Part shown: positions 50,216 to 63,110 of the stretch, in pieces
Layout: each line of letters begins with the position of its first letter
Position numbering within the stretch: the first letter of the stretch is position 1
Source: Octopus sinensis
Lineage: Eukaryota
Length of the DNA: 64,000 nt
NCBI RefSeq assembly: GCF_006345805.1
Contig: NC_042999.1
Coordinates: 62,372,001-62,436,000, forward strand
Reading direction: 5' to 3'
Program-made: the position numbers and the translations under genes
The notes under the pieces: generated by a model
Database searches by the model: none
The model's input: the letters and a program-made list of their open reading frames with translations, nothing else
Told to the model about the DNA's origin: nothing

Positions 50216-50448
50216 TTAACCCTTTCGTTACCAATCCAGCTGAAACCAGCTTTGGCTCTGAGTACAAATGTTTTGTTTTCATAAGTTCTGAATTAAGATC
50301 TTCCACCAAACCTTAGTCACAATTTATGTTCCTATCACTAGCTGAATGATAACGAAGCTATTTTACTAAATTCTTTGTTATATTTAAAGTAAGTGAAAAA
50401 AAAAAAACACATAGCATCTCAAAATAAATACAGTAATGAAAGGGTTAA
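50216..50448. mobile_element. piggyBac-type MITE family 1
   Basis: TTAA|CCCTTTCGTTAC...GTAATGAAAGGG|TTAA. Confidence 0.8.
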
Positions 50449-53289
50449 TCATAAATCAGTCATTGTTGACAAAACACAGCCCCTTATACGATGCACCACA
50501 TTCATAATTAATGTTTTTATCTTTAACACACAAACGACTAAAATATTAAACATATATTTCAGTTTCATTCACACAAAATATAGAAGACAGGAGCCCTTGC
50601 TGGCACAACTTTCAGTCAAAGTAACAAAAATAAATTTGCCTATAAACAATAAACTTCACTGTTTATATATAGAAATAGGCAGCTGTGTGTCCCCCCTACA
50701 AAGAAAAAAAAACAGCAATTTTTCTAACCCTGCTTTCTCCCAAGTGTCCAATCATTTAGCTTTAGGAATTTTTAATCATCCAGAATCTTATAAAGACTAA
50801 ATTGGAAGAAAATATTACTCTTAAAACCTTATGCAAATCTATAAGAAATGAAAAATTGAAAATTGATTGAAATGTCAAGAATTTTAATTTAATGTTTTAG
50901 AACTTTTATATTCTTAGAAATAAATTAGAAGCAATTTGTAGCATCAAATGGTTACATAAGATTACCTCAATCATACTGATTTTATTTAAAATTGACATTA
51001 CTAAACCAATTGTATATAATGCAGTATTGTTCAAAAAATCAGACAATATGTAGACAAACATTCGTAATTTGCATTAGGATACATTATATGAAACAACTTA
51101 TCTTAAAATTGAGATTAACGAGTTAAGATTCTTTTTCTCCTTCTAAGCTCAATACTCATCCTTTACTTCTTGTTATGGTATATGAAACATATACAGGGAA
51201 TTATTAGTCTGCATATGTTGAATTCAGCATATTACACTGCTTCTTTCTCTCTGTCATCCTATACTTTGACTTTTATTACTGGACATGTTTATTTCCTTTA
51301 CACTAATATATATTTTACTTGCAGCTTCTTAAAGCTGTTATGCTATATTTTTGTTTCTTTCATGCTAATTAATTTGTGCAATCCATTAAATAGTCAATTT
51401 AAATTTGCTTATGTTGCTAGCTACTCATTTTCATCTAATTTCAACAAATTCTACAATAGATTCTACAACGAGAATCTATTAGCTATTATTCAGAAGCCCC
51501 ACTAAGTGTTTAGTCTAAATTATTTTGTTATTCTCATGGACGATGTTTAGTGACTTTCCTTCTGAACACTAAAGTCACTTAACATTCTTGACTATCCATT
51601 CATCATCTTACAATGCCTAAATGGCTATCCCAAGTTATTTCAATACTTGTTATGGCCCTCCAAACTTCAGATACAGAAACCCTTTCAAAATCTTTTTCTG
51701 TGTCAACTAATTCAAGCAAGATATCTGTTCTCTGCCAAATATTTTTCTTGCACTTCTTTCGCCAGAAACAAAATATCTCTAATCCAAAGACTTCCTACAT
51801 TATCATCAGTTAATGTCCATTTTCTATGCTGGCATTGGTTGTACAATTAAACAGGAGCTGACTAACCAGAGGAACACATCAGGCTCTGATGTCTGTTTTT
51901 GGCATGGTTTCTATGGATAGATGCCCTTCCTACACACAACATCAAATCTAAACTCACTTTATACTGTATTAACTTTGCTAAAATATTTTCTATCACTTTT
52001 CATTAATTGGGTCATTAGCTTGAGACTTTTCTGATGATCTATTGAGCTCTTCCTTTGTACACACCTATGATATGGAAGTAGTTCTTCAAACATTTTGAAG
52101 AAAATCAATAACTTTTTGTTTTTTTCACAGATATACAATAATTTTGTATTGTCAGCTCTGGTATTATGCTGCATCCTTTACCTTGCAGTGATTTGGTGTG
52201 ATGTAAAAAGCTGTATTGGATTTGATGCATCATCATCATCATCCTCATCTTCTTGCTTTCTATACTAACATGGGTTGAATGGGTAATCATCTTCTAAATT
52301 AATTCTTATTTGGTATTCTCATAGACATATTGAGGGCCACATCTCACTTGTGCATTTCTTAGATGACTTCCTAATAACAATCATTTCACTGAGTTTACTG
52401 GTGGAATTTTATTGTATCATCAATACTAGTGAGGTTGTCTTGCTTTCAACAAGACAACAGAGCTCTCCCTACTTTATTGTCTAAGAGTGTAAATACAAAG
52501 GATAGTAATGATAGAGAAAGAACCAGAGCAAGAAGGTGAAAGAAGAAATGGATAACTGGAGTGAGAGAGAGGGGGGGGGGCGAGTGAGATGGGATGAACA
52601 GTGATAGGGGAAAAGGTCATATTGATGAGTATAACAGAAGAGAGACAGGATTAGGCAGCTACATGTCAGTTGTTAGTAAAGAGATTGGATAGCAAAATAC
52701 CATAAGCAGCATGATGGAAGATGACAATGATAGGAAGGAGACTGAGGGATGGAAGAAGTAGCAATAGAAGTGAAAGAGAATGATGGGATAAAATGATATA
52801 TAGTGGCAGAAAGAGAGAGTGATGTGAGAATGATTAGTAGCAATAAAGATGAATGGTGCTGAAGGAAAGAACTAGTCATGAAAAAGCAGAAATGATGGTC
52901 GCTGGTGAGAGAGAGAGAACGAGAATGTGTGTAATAGATGCCAATAATGAGTGATAAGGAAGTGAGTAATGGAAGAGAGAAAAGTGTGAGGCTAGCACTA
53001 AAGAAAATTGACAATTAAGGGAATTAAATAGATGACTCCAACGCCATCTCTTGTTATCTAGGCAACATGATGTAGGAGATATAGTGATAAAGATGATGTT
53101 TGGAGGAAATAGATACAAAAAGATTCAATACCATCAATTGGTGCACTGGTAGAAAAAACAATGAGTGCTTGATGGGAAGATAACAGAGTTAGGGGGAGAG
53201 TTGAGGGTAATTAATGGACACACTGAGGGAAGTACCTAAATATAGTTATACATCCCACCCTTCATCAATATCACCATCTCAACATCTAT

Positions 53290-53950
53290 TCTGTCATGCT
53301 TGAATGAGTTGATAGTTCTTCTTCAGCATCATGTGTCACCACTTATGGTAATCTTTTGTCATTCTCATGAAGTTCAATCTTCAACATATTGCTCTGTTTT
53401 CTTTGGTTTCCATCTTCCTCAGATCTATTCTAAGTGCTTAACTTTCTTTTTCCTTTTTACTTATAAGTGATGTTTTCTTTACGCATCATATGCCTATATC
53501 TACACACAGCTTTTTCTTCAACTCATTTGTGCTCTATAATTCACAGTAACGTTACACACCTTGTAGTGCATGATTGCTTCATACCTTTGAGACCTACATC
53601 CTGCTATTATACAGCATCACACTTCATACCCAAATGTCATAAAATCCTGCCCATGAGTCTGACAGAGAAACCATATATTACTAGTAGAAATAATTGCACC
53701 CTGAACTTTTTCCACAATGTTCACACTCTGCAAGTATTTTAGTGGAACATCCAATTCCCCTGTCAATTAAGTCACCTAGGTAAGAAAAGCTTTCATCTAC
53801 TTCTAGGAAATCTGGACATTTGGAAGAATCTTTTTCATATGTACACTTACTATTGGTTGTTCAAAAACCTTCTCTTTAAGCCTGTTGGTAATCCCACTAC
53901 ATTAGTTGTGTGCTCATAGTTTACACTGGATACACTATATGGAATTTTTA
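53290..53950 (-). pseudogene. Old degenerate RTE RT/C-terminal fragment
   Basis: Decayed similarity to the RTE motifs GRFYDA...W..VTLL..RW; many stops. Confidence 0.45.
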
Positions 53951-53956
53951 GCTACT

Positions 53957-54223
53957 GCCTCAACTGGCCTCCGTGCCGGTGGCATGTAAAAAGCACCAAC
54001 CGATCGTGGCTGTTGCCAGCCTTGCCTGGCACCTGTGCCGGTGGCACGTAAAAAGCACTCACTACACTCACGGAGTGGTTGGCGTTAGGAAGGGCATCCA
54101 GCTGTAGAAACACTGCCAGATCAGACTGGGACTGGTGCAGCCTCCTGGCTTCCCAGTCCCTGATCGAACTGTCCAACCCATGCTAGCATGGAAAGCGGAC
54201 GTTAAACAATGATGATGATGATG
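53957..54223 (+). mobile_element. RTE 3'UTR fragment
   Basis: Reverse-complementary to 47768-48078; (GAT)n tail. Confidence 0.85.
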
Positions 54224-54298
54224 CTCTTCTGCTTTTCATGTCCACTCAGTTCCTTGATAACAGCACCATAGACATCACATGTGTCAGATACATTGGAG

Positions 54299-54352
54299 CA
54301 TGTGAAACAGTACATGTGAAACAGTACATGTGAAACAGTACATGTGAAACAG
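54299..54352. repeat. 14-bp tandem repeat, about 3.9 copies
   Basis: CATGTGAAACAGTA units. Confidence 0.9.
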
Positions 54353-54379
54353 CTTCTTTCAAGGTCTAAAATGCACCCT

Positions 54380-54660
54380 GTTTGTTCCTTCTCGAGCCAT
54401 GCCTGGCTCATAAGGGCCAGTTTCCCAGTTTCTTGGCATATAGATTCCCCACCTGGATGGAACACCAGTCTGTCGCAGGTGAGCTGCAAGATGCAGGAGG
54501 AAAGAGTGGGAGAAAGTTGTGGCAAAAGAATCAGCAGAAGTTCGCCATTACCTTCTGCCGGAGCCACGTGGAGCTTAGGTGTTTCACTCATAAACACACA
54601 TATCGCCCGGTCTGAGATTCGAACCCGCGATCCCTCGACCACTAGGCCATGTGCCTCCAC
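54380..54660 (-). mobile_element. tRNA-headed SINE family D with TSD
   Basis: Reverse complement of 22191-22492; 12-bp TSD AAAATGCACCCT/AAAATGCTCCCT at 54368 and 54661. Confidence 0.85.
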
Positions 54661-54894
54661 AAAATGCTCCCTAGAAGTAGATGATAGCTTTTATTACTTT
54701 GGTGACCTAATTAATAGAGATGTTGTGGTGAGAGATGTTCACTGTTAGAGAGTGATTGTAGGTGGGGATTAAATATAGACAGGTGCAATGTCAGCCATCA
54801 TAATTCAGGCAGCATAGCACAGTGAATAGTGGGTGGGAAGTGAGAGAGTAATAAAAATAAGAGAAGGCAGTAAACGGAGACTCAAGAGGAGCAT

Positions 54895-55135
54895 ATCATC
54901 ATCGTCGTTTAACGTCCGCTTTCCATGCTAGCATGGGTTGGATGGTTTGACTGTGGGCTGGCAAACCAGATAGCTGCACCAGGCTCCAGTCTTGATCTGG
55001 CAGAGTTTCTACAGCAGGATGCCCTTCCTAATGCCAACCACTCTGTGAGTGTAGTGGGTGCTTTTACGTGCCACTGGCACGGGGACCAGTCAGGCGGTAC
55101 TGGCAATGACCTCGCTTGAATTTTTTTACACATTC
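54895..55135 (-). mobile_element. RTE 3'UTR fragment
   Basis: Standard terminus. Confidence 0.8.
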
Positions 55136-55259
55136 AAGCAAGGTCGTTGCCAGTAATGGGTGAAAAATCCAAATGTAGATATATTACACATTCCAACCTC
55201 CATCACCACTACCAGCTCAACTTATGCTTTTCCATGCTTACACATAGGGATAGGTCTTA

Positions 55260-55950
55260 TCCAGCATCACATCACCAGTTGTTTTGCTCCTTTCTCATTT
55301 CATTCATAAAATTCAACCTCTAGCAATCAGTCTTCACCACTTTTCCATGTTTTCCTTGGTCTCTCTCTTCTACAGATTCCACCTAGTTCGAGTTTTTGGC
55401 AACTAACAATCTCCTTAGACATTCTATACCCAGATCAGCATTGCCTTTTTTTGCACAGTACATCTAATTACTTTTATATCTGGCTTTTCCTTCCACTCGT
55501 TTATATTCTCTTGGTCATGTACTCTAATTTTATCTATCAAGCATAGCAAACTCACTTTATCTATTTCTTGCCTTTGCAAATCCTCCACATTTAGGACCTA
55601 TATTTTGCTACCATACTGCAACACATTTCATGCACAAGCATCATACAATCTTCCTTTCGCTCTGCAAGAGGAACACTTTGTTACCTGCAGAGGTGACAGA
55701 TACCTGAATTTCTGGCTATTGAACTTTTAGTCTCCAACCACAATGCTAATTAGATCACATAGGTAACAGTAACTCTTATCTACTTCAATGGAACCATTTG
55801 GACATATTGAAAAGGCCTATTTCTCCCATACTTCTGCTCTTGTGATATCTACTATATATGAAGTTTATCTTCTCTTTCAGCTTACATATGATCTCACTAT
55901 ACCATTCGAGTGTTCATAGTTTACACTAGGTACATCATATGAAATTTATA
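55260..55950 (-). pseudogene. Old degenerate RTE RT/C-terminal fragment
   Basis: KGRLYDAC..VLQYGSKI.VLNVEDL motif remnant. Confidence 0.5.
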
Positions 55951-56959
55951 CTTATTCCTTTTCTGTTTATCAAGCTGAAAAAGGAATAGGTATAAGGAAA
56001 TGGCAGCAGAGTCTTGTCTTTTTTCTTACTACACCTTACATGTTAGCTAATTTTTCTTTGAGGTTTCTCAGTTCTATGAGTTATTTCTATGGTTAGAATT
56101 TCTCCTTCAAATTTTCTACAGATTCTGCCGTAAGAACTAGGTAAACAGCATGTGGGTTTTCCTGAGTGCAGCTGTTCTTAAACTTTTATGATCCGGAGGA
56201 CTACTTTAAATGAGAGGAAGCTGTGAACAGAACCCTGATAAACCTCTATATGTTCACAAAATTCCTTGCTGGCCTCCTTACTAATTCTCACATTCCAACC
56301 TCCACAAGATATTCATCTATCCTAATTCCTTGATGGCTTGGTGTAGAGAGTGTGAAATCCTGTCAAAAGCTTTCTCTACGTCAACTAAATGCTCAACATA
56401 GTGTCTTTCCTAGTGAAGTTCTTCTCCTACTGTTGTCTCAATCAGGAGAGGGCACCAGTAATATATCTTTCTAGCACAAAGTTGAACTGTATTTCATTTG
56501 AATTAATTCTTTTACTAATCAGTGGGGCTTCATTCATTTTTACATCCATTTTTTTTCCAAGCTAGCATGGGTTAGATGAATATTTTTTGAAGCATTGTTT
56601 TACAGCCAGATGCTCAACTGTCTTGCAAGTAAAAGACACCTTATTTCACAAATCTTTGATAATGCAAAGCCTGCAGACAACCTTTTGAGTTGGGAAATGA
56701 CAGTTGAGTGATTTTTGGAGAATCTAAAAAAAACAAACACAGGGTTAGGATTTAAGTACATTCATAAGCACACCATAAGACAGAAAAGATGGACAAAATC
56801 ACCTCTGAGAATTGAGCCACATATCTATTGAATCATTCAACCATGTCTGAGATGCAGAGGACTTCAGATAAAAAGTATCTAACAACACAGGTGACCTCTC
56901 AGCAGTTGTTCCACTCTAAGTCCACAGGTGAAACTATTCTAATGCATCATGGAAGAGAG

Positions 56960-57772
56960 TGAAATGATAATAGTTAATGGCAATACAGAATTAAGTAAGG
57001 TAAACCGGAACATTAACAGGATTCTAGAGGCCACAAAATGACTTGTCAAAAGTGGAATTGAATGCTTGACAATGATTTTCTTCAATGTGTCAAAGGACTC
57101 GTTGACTACTTAGGAGAGAAAGAGAATTATTAGAGCACAACGAAACTGCTTAACAAGATGGTGAAAAATTTTGAAACTAAGGAGAGAAATTATAACTTGC
57201 AATAGGCAATTTAAAAGAGAAAGTATTGAGGTAAAAGAAGGTATAAAAATCTTGATCAGAAGGCTTCAGGAATAATCATACAGACTAACAAAGTTAAAAA
57301 GTTCTCAGAGACTGAGGAAGGAGAAGTAAGCTAAGTGGGCTTGGTTCATGGAGAACTTGTACAAAGTTACCTAAACTTTGTTAGGAGACTGGAAGACTGT
57401 TTGGCTCTAAGGAAATTGTGGATGATTTCCTCAAGGAGAGTCTTAGGGGATAGATGTAAGTGCACATCCAAAGGTTAGCTGAGTGGGAGTTCCTAAAGAA
57501 GTACTCAATACTAAGGAGTTTGCACAGAAAGATGTCCAAGATCTTTCCATAGAAAGATGTGCAAGTGATGTACAAATGGTATCCTTCAGGCTATAGAAAC
57601 TTCTGTAGAAGATATTGGCAAAAGTCGGTTACACACCAAAAAAAGTAGATTCCTCTGAGATTAGTCAGTCCGAACCATTTTTCTCTCTAGTGTTGAAGAC
57701 AAAGTATTCTTCTCAGTTCCAAGCCAAAAGGATTATGAGCAGCCTCTTGGAAAGCAAATATTTGGATAAATC
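56960..57772 (+). pseudogene. Hero-clade retrotransposon pre-RT/RT N-terminal fragment
   Basis: INRILEAT...LRREIITCNRQFK...PKKVDSSEISQ/RTIFLSSVEDKVFFSV/AKRIMSSLLESKYLDKS, matching recalled Hero IPKEE.S..I.QFR.ISLL.VEGKIFFS; frameshifted. Confidence 0.6.
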
Positions 57773-58008
57773 TCTTTACTCTCTTTTCTCTTTTACTTGT
57801 TTCAGTCATTTGACTGCGGCCATGCTGGAGCACCGCCTTTAGTCAAGCAAATCGACCCCAGGACTTATTCTTTGTAAGCCTAGTACTTATTCTATCTGGT
57901 TCTTTTGCCAAACTGCTAAGTTACGGGGATGTAAACACACCAGCATCGGTTGTCAAGCGAAGTTGGGGGGAAAAACACAGACACACAAACATATACACAC
58001 ACACACAC

Positions 58009-58080
<72 letters not shown>

Positions 58081-58250
58081 CGACGGGCTTCTTTCAGTTT
58101 CAGTTTCCATCTACCAAATCCACTCACAAGGCTTTGGTTGGCCTGAGGCTATAGTAGAAGACAGTTGCCCAAGGTGCCATGCAGTGGGACTGAACCCAGA
58201 ACTATGTGGTTGGTAAGCAAGCTACTTACCACATAGCCACTCCTGCACCT
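57773..58250 (-). mobile_element. SINE family A
   Basis: Reverse-complement copy; truncates the Hero-like fragment upstream. Confidence 0.85.
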
Positions 58251-58426
58251 GTATCCAGAAAGTTTACCTTCCATGCTTCTCTGAGTGTTTGAAACACAGA
58301 GTAATTAAGTAAAAACTTAAGTAATTCACCCAAGAGGTCAAAGACAGAAAAACTAACAGTCTGGCTGAAGTTGACCAATGTGCATGACCTAATCTTTCAT
58401 GACTGCACACACTACAGCTATGGAAT

Positions 58427-58479
58427 ACTACTATATACCCAGCCACATCATAGAACTACTATATACCCAGCCACATCAT
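58427..58479. repeat. 25-bp direct tandem duplication (period 28)
   Basis: ACTACTATATACCCAGCCACATCAT at 58427 and 58455. Confidence 0.9.
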
Positions 58480-58923
58480 GCCTGCTACTTTAAAGGATTC
58501 AAGACTGCTCATTTCACAATTCAGTAGTAGAACCTGGTAAAGGACATTGTTACTGGTTGTCTTACTGTCCCCATTCTGTTTATCATGGTGATTAATTTCT
58601 TCACAAGAGACAGACGGAAGGAATCCCAACGGTGATAATGGAACATAAATTAATGAGAGATTAATGAGAGATAGCAGAGTTTTACTACACAATATAAGTT
58701 TTGCCAAAGCAGACCAACACTGGCCTCTTTAGAGTCTGTTTGATAATATATATGTGTATGTGTGTGTATATATGCATGCATGTGTGTGTGTACATATGTA
58801 TATTTGTGTAGAGAGAAAGAGAAGTAAAAAAGTCAAGTAAACAAAAGTATGTATAAGGTGTATATTTACATGGAAAGTTGCATATACAAATTTTTAAAAA
58901 ATAAATGATGTAATCAAGTTTTA

Positions 58924-59041
58924 TCTTTACAGCTGTTTCGGATGATCAGTGACTTGTGCTATACTAATATTGTAGGTGAATAGAATAACATGGATGTTTT
59001 TGAAATTCTTGATGCAAGGACATGTTTTTCTCATCAGAATA
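58924..59041 (-). ncRNA. Degenerate hammerhead-like motif with about 90-nt domain II
   Basis: Minus strand TATT-CTGATGA-(about 90 nt)-CGAA-ACAGCTGT-A-AAGA; palindromic stem III, GUA triplet, stem I 3/4 paired. Confidence 0.35.
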
Positions 59042-60234
59042 GTGTAGTATACGTCGGTGTTTATAAGAATATAGATTCAATGAGAAACTAAGTAAGAGGG
59101 GTGTGGGGACAGGTGTCAAGTGAGAAAGATAAAGGAAAAGATGAGATTTAAAAGTGAAATTAACTCAGAAACCTAACCCCCAATTTCACATCCAGTCCCA
59201 TGCAGCTATAGCAAAATGGAATTCTTTTTAACATTGTAGTGAAATGTGAAGATATTCTATTTATTCAGTTTTACATTGTGTATAACTGTCTGTCTTGAAA
59301 ATGAAACTATTAATAATACTACTATCAAAGATATAATTTAGAATGTATATGATTAAGAAAGAATGATATATTTTGAACACCATAAGGTTAACTGGCTACA
59401 AGACTCCGGTATTTTTCTTCTCTTAAATTATCCTTCATTACATTCTTAAATACATAAGTACATATATATTTTTTCTGTAATTAGCTAAACACCTGAAGTA
59501 AAAGCAGATCCATGGAAGAGAACTCTTGCCATAGAAATATGCTAGTTGAATTATTGAACTTAGTTCCAGTGTCCAGCTGAAGCCATTTCAACTTAGCACT
59601 TGTACAATACAAACAGAAGGAAGTTAAGACAGACCAGAAATAATATTTAGAGATACTTAAAGTATATCTTTTTCATTTTCAAATATCTTTATATACTGTA
59701 TAAAGAAAAATTATTGAAATCATAGCAAATTTACAATCATCAATCTGTTGTAAAAATTATTTTTTAAATCAGATTAATTCTTACCAGCAAATATCACAAT
59801 GTTACTGTCGCTGAGGTTTTGATTTCATAATATTACAAAGAAACCTGATTTGTTTCTAGTTGACAGTTTCATATTCAGATAAGAAATAACTTGCTTATTA
59901 TCATAACTAGTTTGTAAACAATAATTGATAACATGTGGTTGTGACATTAATTCAAAATCTGAATAACCATCTTACATACAGGCTTGTTCCCTTTATATAA
60001 TCTGAAGATAAAAATTGCATAAAAATTAAATTAAATGTTTTACCTAAATTCTATTTTTTTTATATGATCAGTTTACCTTATTCCTTTCTAATATTTTTTA
60101 TGACAAATATCTAACAGGAAAATGGATGTTCCTACATATTCTCAGATTTTGTTGCATTTATACAGATAATATTATATGAATAATGTTAAATATTTTTGTG
60201 AAGAACTATTTACACCAAATTTATTTTATTTATT

Positions 60235-60782
60235 GTATCTCAAAGGGATAATTACACCAATAATAAAACACATGCACTAGTTCAATTTCACTTCTTTATT
60301 ATTGTTCATCAATTAGTTTGCTATTTAACTAACTAATCGATCATTTGATTAATCATTCGGTTAATCAATCAATCTGTTGTGATTGCCAAAGTCCTTTCAT
60401 CACCATTCACAACCCCTTCGATGTCAACTTCAGGCCTGTCTCCTCCCTCTCATTCTCCTGCTTCCCCTCCTCTCATCACATACACTCCCCCTCCCACCCA
60501 TTCCTTCTGACATCTATTCAACTACATAAATATTTAAAAACTAATACTAAAAGCTGGACGGACTTGAAGGTGTTCTGGAGTAGAAAGGGTATGTCATTGA
60601 AGAAGCCTCAAATAATGGTGTTAAAAGAATTTTGGCAAATACAACTGATTGATTGATTACCCAAATCATTAATCAAACAATTGATTAGTTAGGTGGTTAA
60701 ATAGCTAACCAATTGACAAATAAAGAATTGAAATGAACCAGTGTGCATGATTATAATTGGTATAACAACCCTTCTAAGATAC
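60235..60782. repeat. Old long imperfect inverted repeat (foldback/MITE-like)
   Basis: About 170-bp arms 60235-60407 and 60614-60782 align in reverse complement with scattered mismatches and indels. Confidence 0.75.
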
Positions 60783-61546
60783 TACAAAACCTGTCTCACA
60801 CAAGTTCACATCAAGAACCTTGCAAATCAAATACAAAAATGAAATATTATTTTATTGATATAGTAATTGTATTCATATTATTCAAAAGTGTAATATTAAT
60901 ATCTAAATTAGTATGACTTTCTTTAAGTAATTTCAGTATGTTTCCATTGAATTGCTATCATAGTATGTTTAATAGTGTTCAGCATAAGATAATTTAATAT
61001 ATACTTTCTAAAAGTATAACAGAATCATATCATAAATGAAATGTCTTAATATAAAAAGAAGTGATAAATTAGTGAAAAACTGAATATTTAAAATATAGTA
61101 ACAAATATAAATTTAAAAATTGAAATGAGATAGTTAAATCCATTATAACATATAATACAAGTTTAATATGTATTTGCAGTGTTTTGTAAGAGTTGAAATA
61201 ATATTCTTGTAATATTCTTGTTGACAATTTTCTAAAAACTGAATGTTTATATTTATATATCCATTCATACAAACACATACAGTACACATGCCATACATTT
61301 TATATTAAGTCCAATATATGTGCCATGGTGCCAAAATTTGGACATATTCCCTAAGTTACCTTCCCACTGCAAGATCTGTTTAAAGCATATAAATATACAT
61401 TGGTATACTGTATTTTTTTTTAATGTTCATAAATAAAATGTTCTAGTTATCTATAAAGCCTTTAATCTGTTCTATTTATTTTTAGTTACCATTTATCAGT
61501 ATTGTATAATTTTCTCAATTGAGTAACCATCTCTTCTTTTATTTAG

Positions 61547-61570
61547 CTGCTTTCTATTGGAGTCAGAAAG
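61547..61570 (+). CDS. Candidate 24-nt frame-preserving microexon of RIM (AAFYWSQK in phase 1)
   Basis: catctcttcttttatttag|CTGCTTTCTATTGGAGTCAGAAAG|gtgaga: polypyrimidine acceptor, strong donor, open in the phase-1 frame left by the upstream exon. No transcript evidence. Confidence 0.4.
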
Positions 61571-61677
61571 GTGAGATATAGTTAGATACAGAATAGTTAG
61601 TGTGGTGTTGTTTTTTTTTTATTGTTGTAAATCAATTTAATTACCAAATTACTATATACATACACATACATACATAC

Positions 61678-61726
<49 letters not shown>

Positions 61727-62474
61727 ATATTGTTTCATAATGAAATGACATTTCTCATTATCCTATTGGGACAGTTCTCAAGACCTGCTGTTAGCATGAT
61801 TCTATCAACTATACTGCAACCCTCATCTGTATTATTTGTGACTGCCTCATAAAAATTCCAGTGTCATGCATGTATTTGTAAAACATTTAAATATAACATT
61901 TTATCACATACTAATTGTATTATTTTTATTTTTGAAGTAGAATTAATTACATAACTATAAAATGAATCCATCAGCTTATACAACTAGATAACTACTAAAC
62001 ATTATATGTGAATGCATTTTCTTTAAGAAAGTGAAATTCTATTGATTTCATTTAATTAAATTCAGTATCCATATATGTAAATTTTGTTTTAAGATGAATA
62101 TGGATTGATAAACATATAGTGAGGTGGCGTGGCCGTGTGTGTTAATATTATATTAAGTATAAATATTGTATTATGTAAAATAGTTGAAAAACAGTTGGAA
62201 AGGCATAGATTTTATTTAACATACAATGTATGATGAAAGCATGTCCTATCAGTTTCAGTTTGTGTTTCCTCCAGTTTCTTATTGATCTCTAATTTCTCAA
62301 TAAATTAAGTATAGTTATGATTCAGTTATTTGTAAGACTATTTTCCAGTGAGGAATATCAAAACATCTCTTTAAAAAATGAATTTAATTACTGCAGACAT
62401 TAGAAATTATCCTTCAGGAATGGACTATAAGTAAATGATGCCACAAAGCCAGATACTTAGGACCTACATGTACT

Positions 62475-63110
62475 AGTGGCCCTTTTCTCATAAAATCTCT
62501 CATATTGAAGGCATCAGCAAAGTTTTCACAAGGAAACCTTTCGAGCATGGTTGGTACAAGGGCCTTCTGGCAAAGTTATCTACCTCAAGATTTTCTATGA
62601 CTTAAATCTGAATAGTAGTTTCCTGGAAAATTACTTCGTTGTCAGGTTTTCTGTAATCCCCATTCTATTTAGCTGTTTTATATGCCTCAGTCATTATCCC
62701 AATTCTTTTCCTCCACTCTGTTAATGACCATCTCTCCGCCGCCTCCAATAATGTTTACTCTTATACAAGCGATGTGGCTCACACTCATTTAGTGCAACTT
62801 CAATACAACCTCTATCCATGAAACAAATCAATGTTTCTCACCTAACCTGCATGTTCTTCATGAAAATATTCTGAAACAGTAACTTAACAACTTAATGTCA
62901 TAAAACAGTGCCAAACATTAACAACCACAAAACCTCACACTCGCCGCCCACCTGAACTATGTGACTCAATCTTAGATCTACCATCTCTAACAATCTTCAA
63001 TAATTTTTCCATGAAGATCTCAAATCCTTTCTGTAGCTATTGCATGCAACAGATTGCGTTTCTTCTTCAGAAATAAATACTCTGGTGCTGGTCGGTCACC
63101 AACCTTTACA
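62475..63110 (+). pseudogene. CR1/L2-group LINE reverse transcriptase fragment
   Basis: ISKVF..WYKGLLAKLSTSRF...SVIIPILFLHSVNDHLSAASNNVYSYTSD, matching DISKAFDRVWHKGLL..PQGSVL.P.LF...YADD. Confidence 0.6.

Noticed and set aside
52490-53220. Purine-rich stretch with minus-strand Ser/Leu-rich ORFs
   Set aside because: Low-complexity GA-rich sequence; no motif or splice support.
58459-58707. Minus-strand ORF resembling a signal peptide
   Set aside because: TTG start, overlaps a tandem duplication, no splice or homology support.
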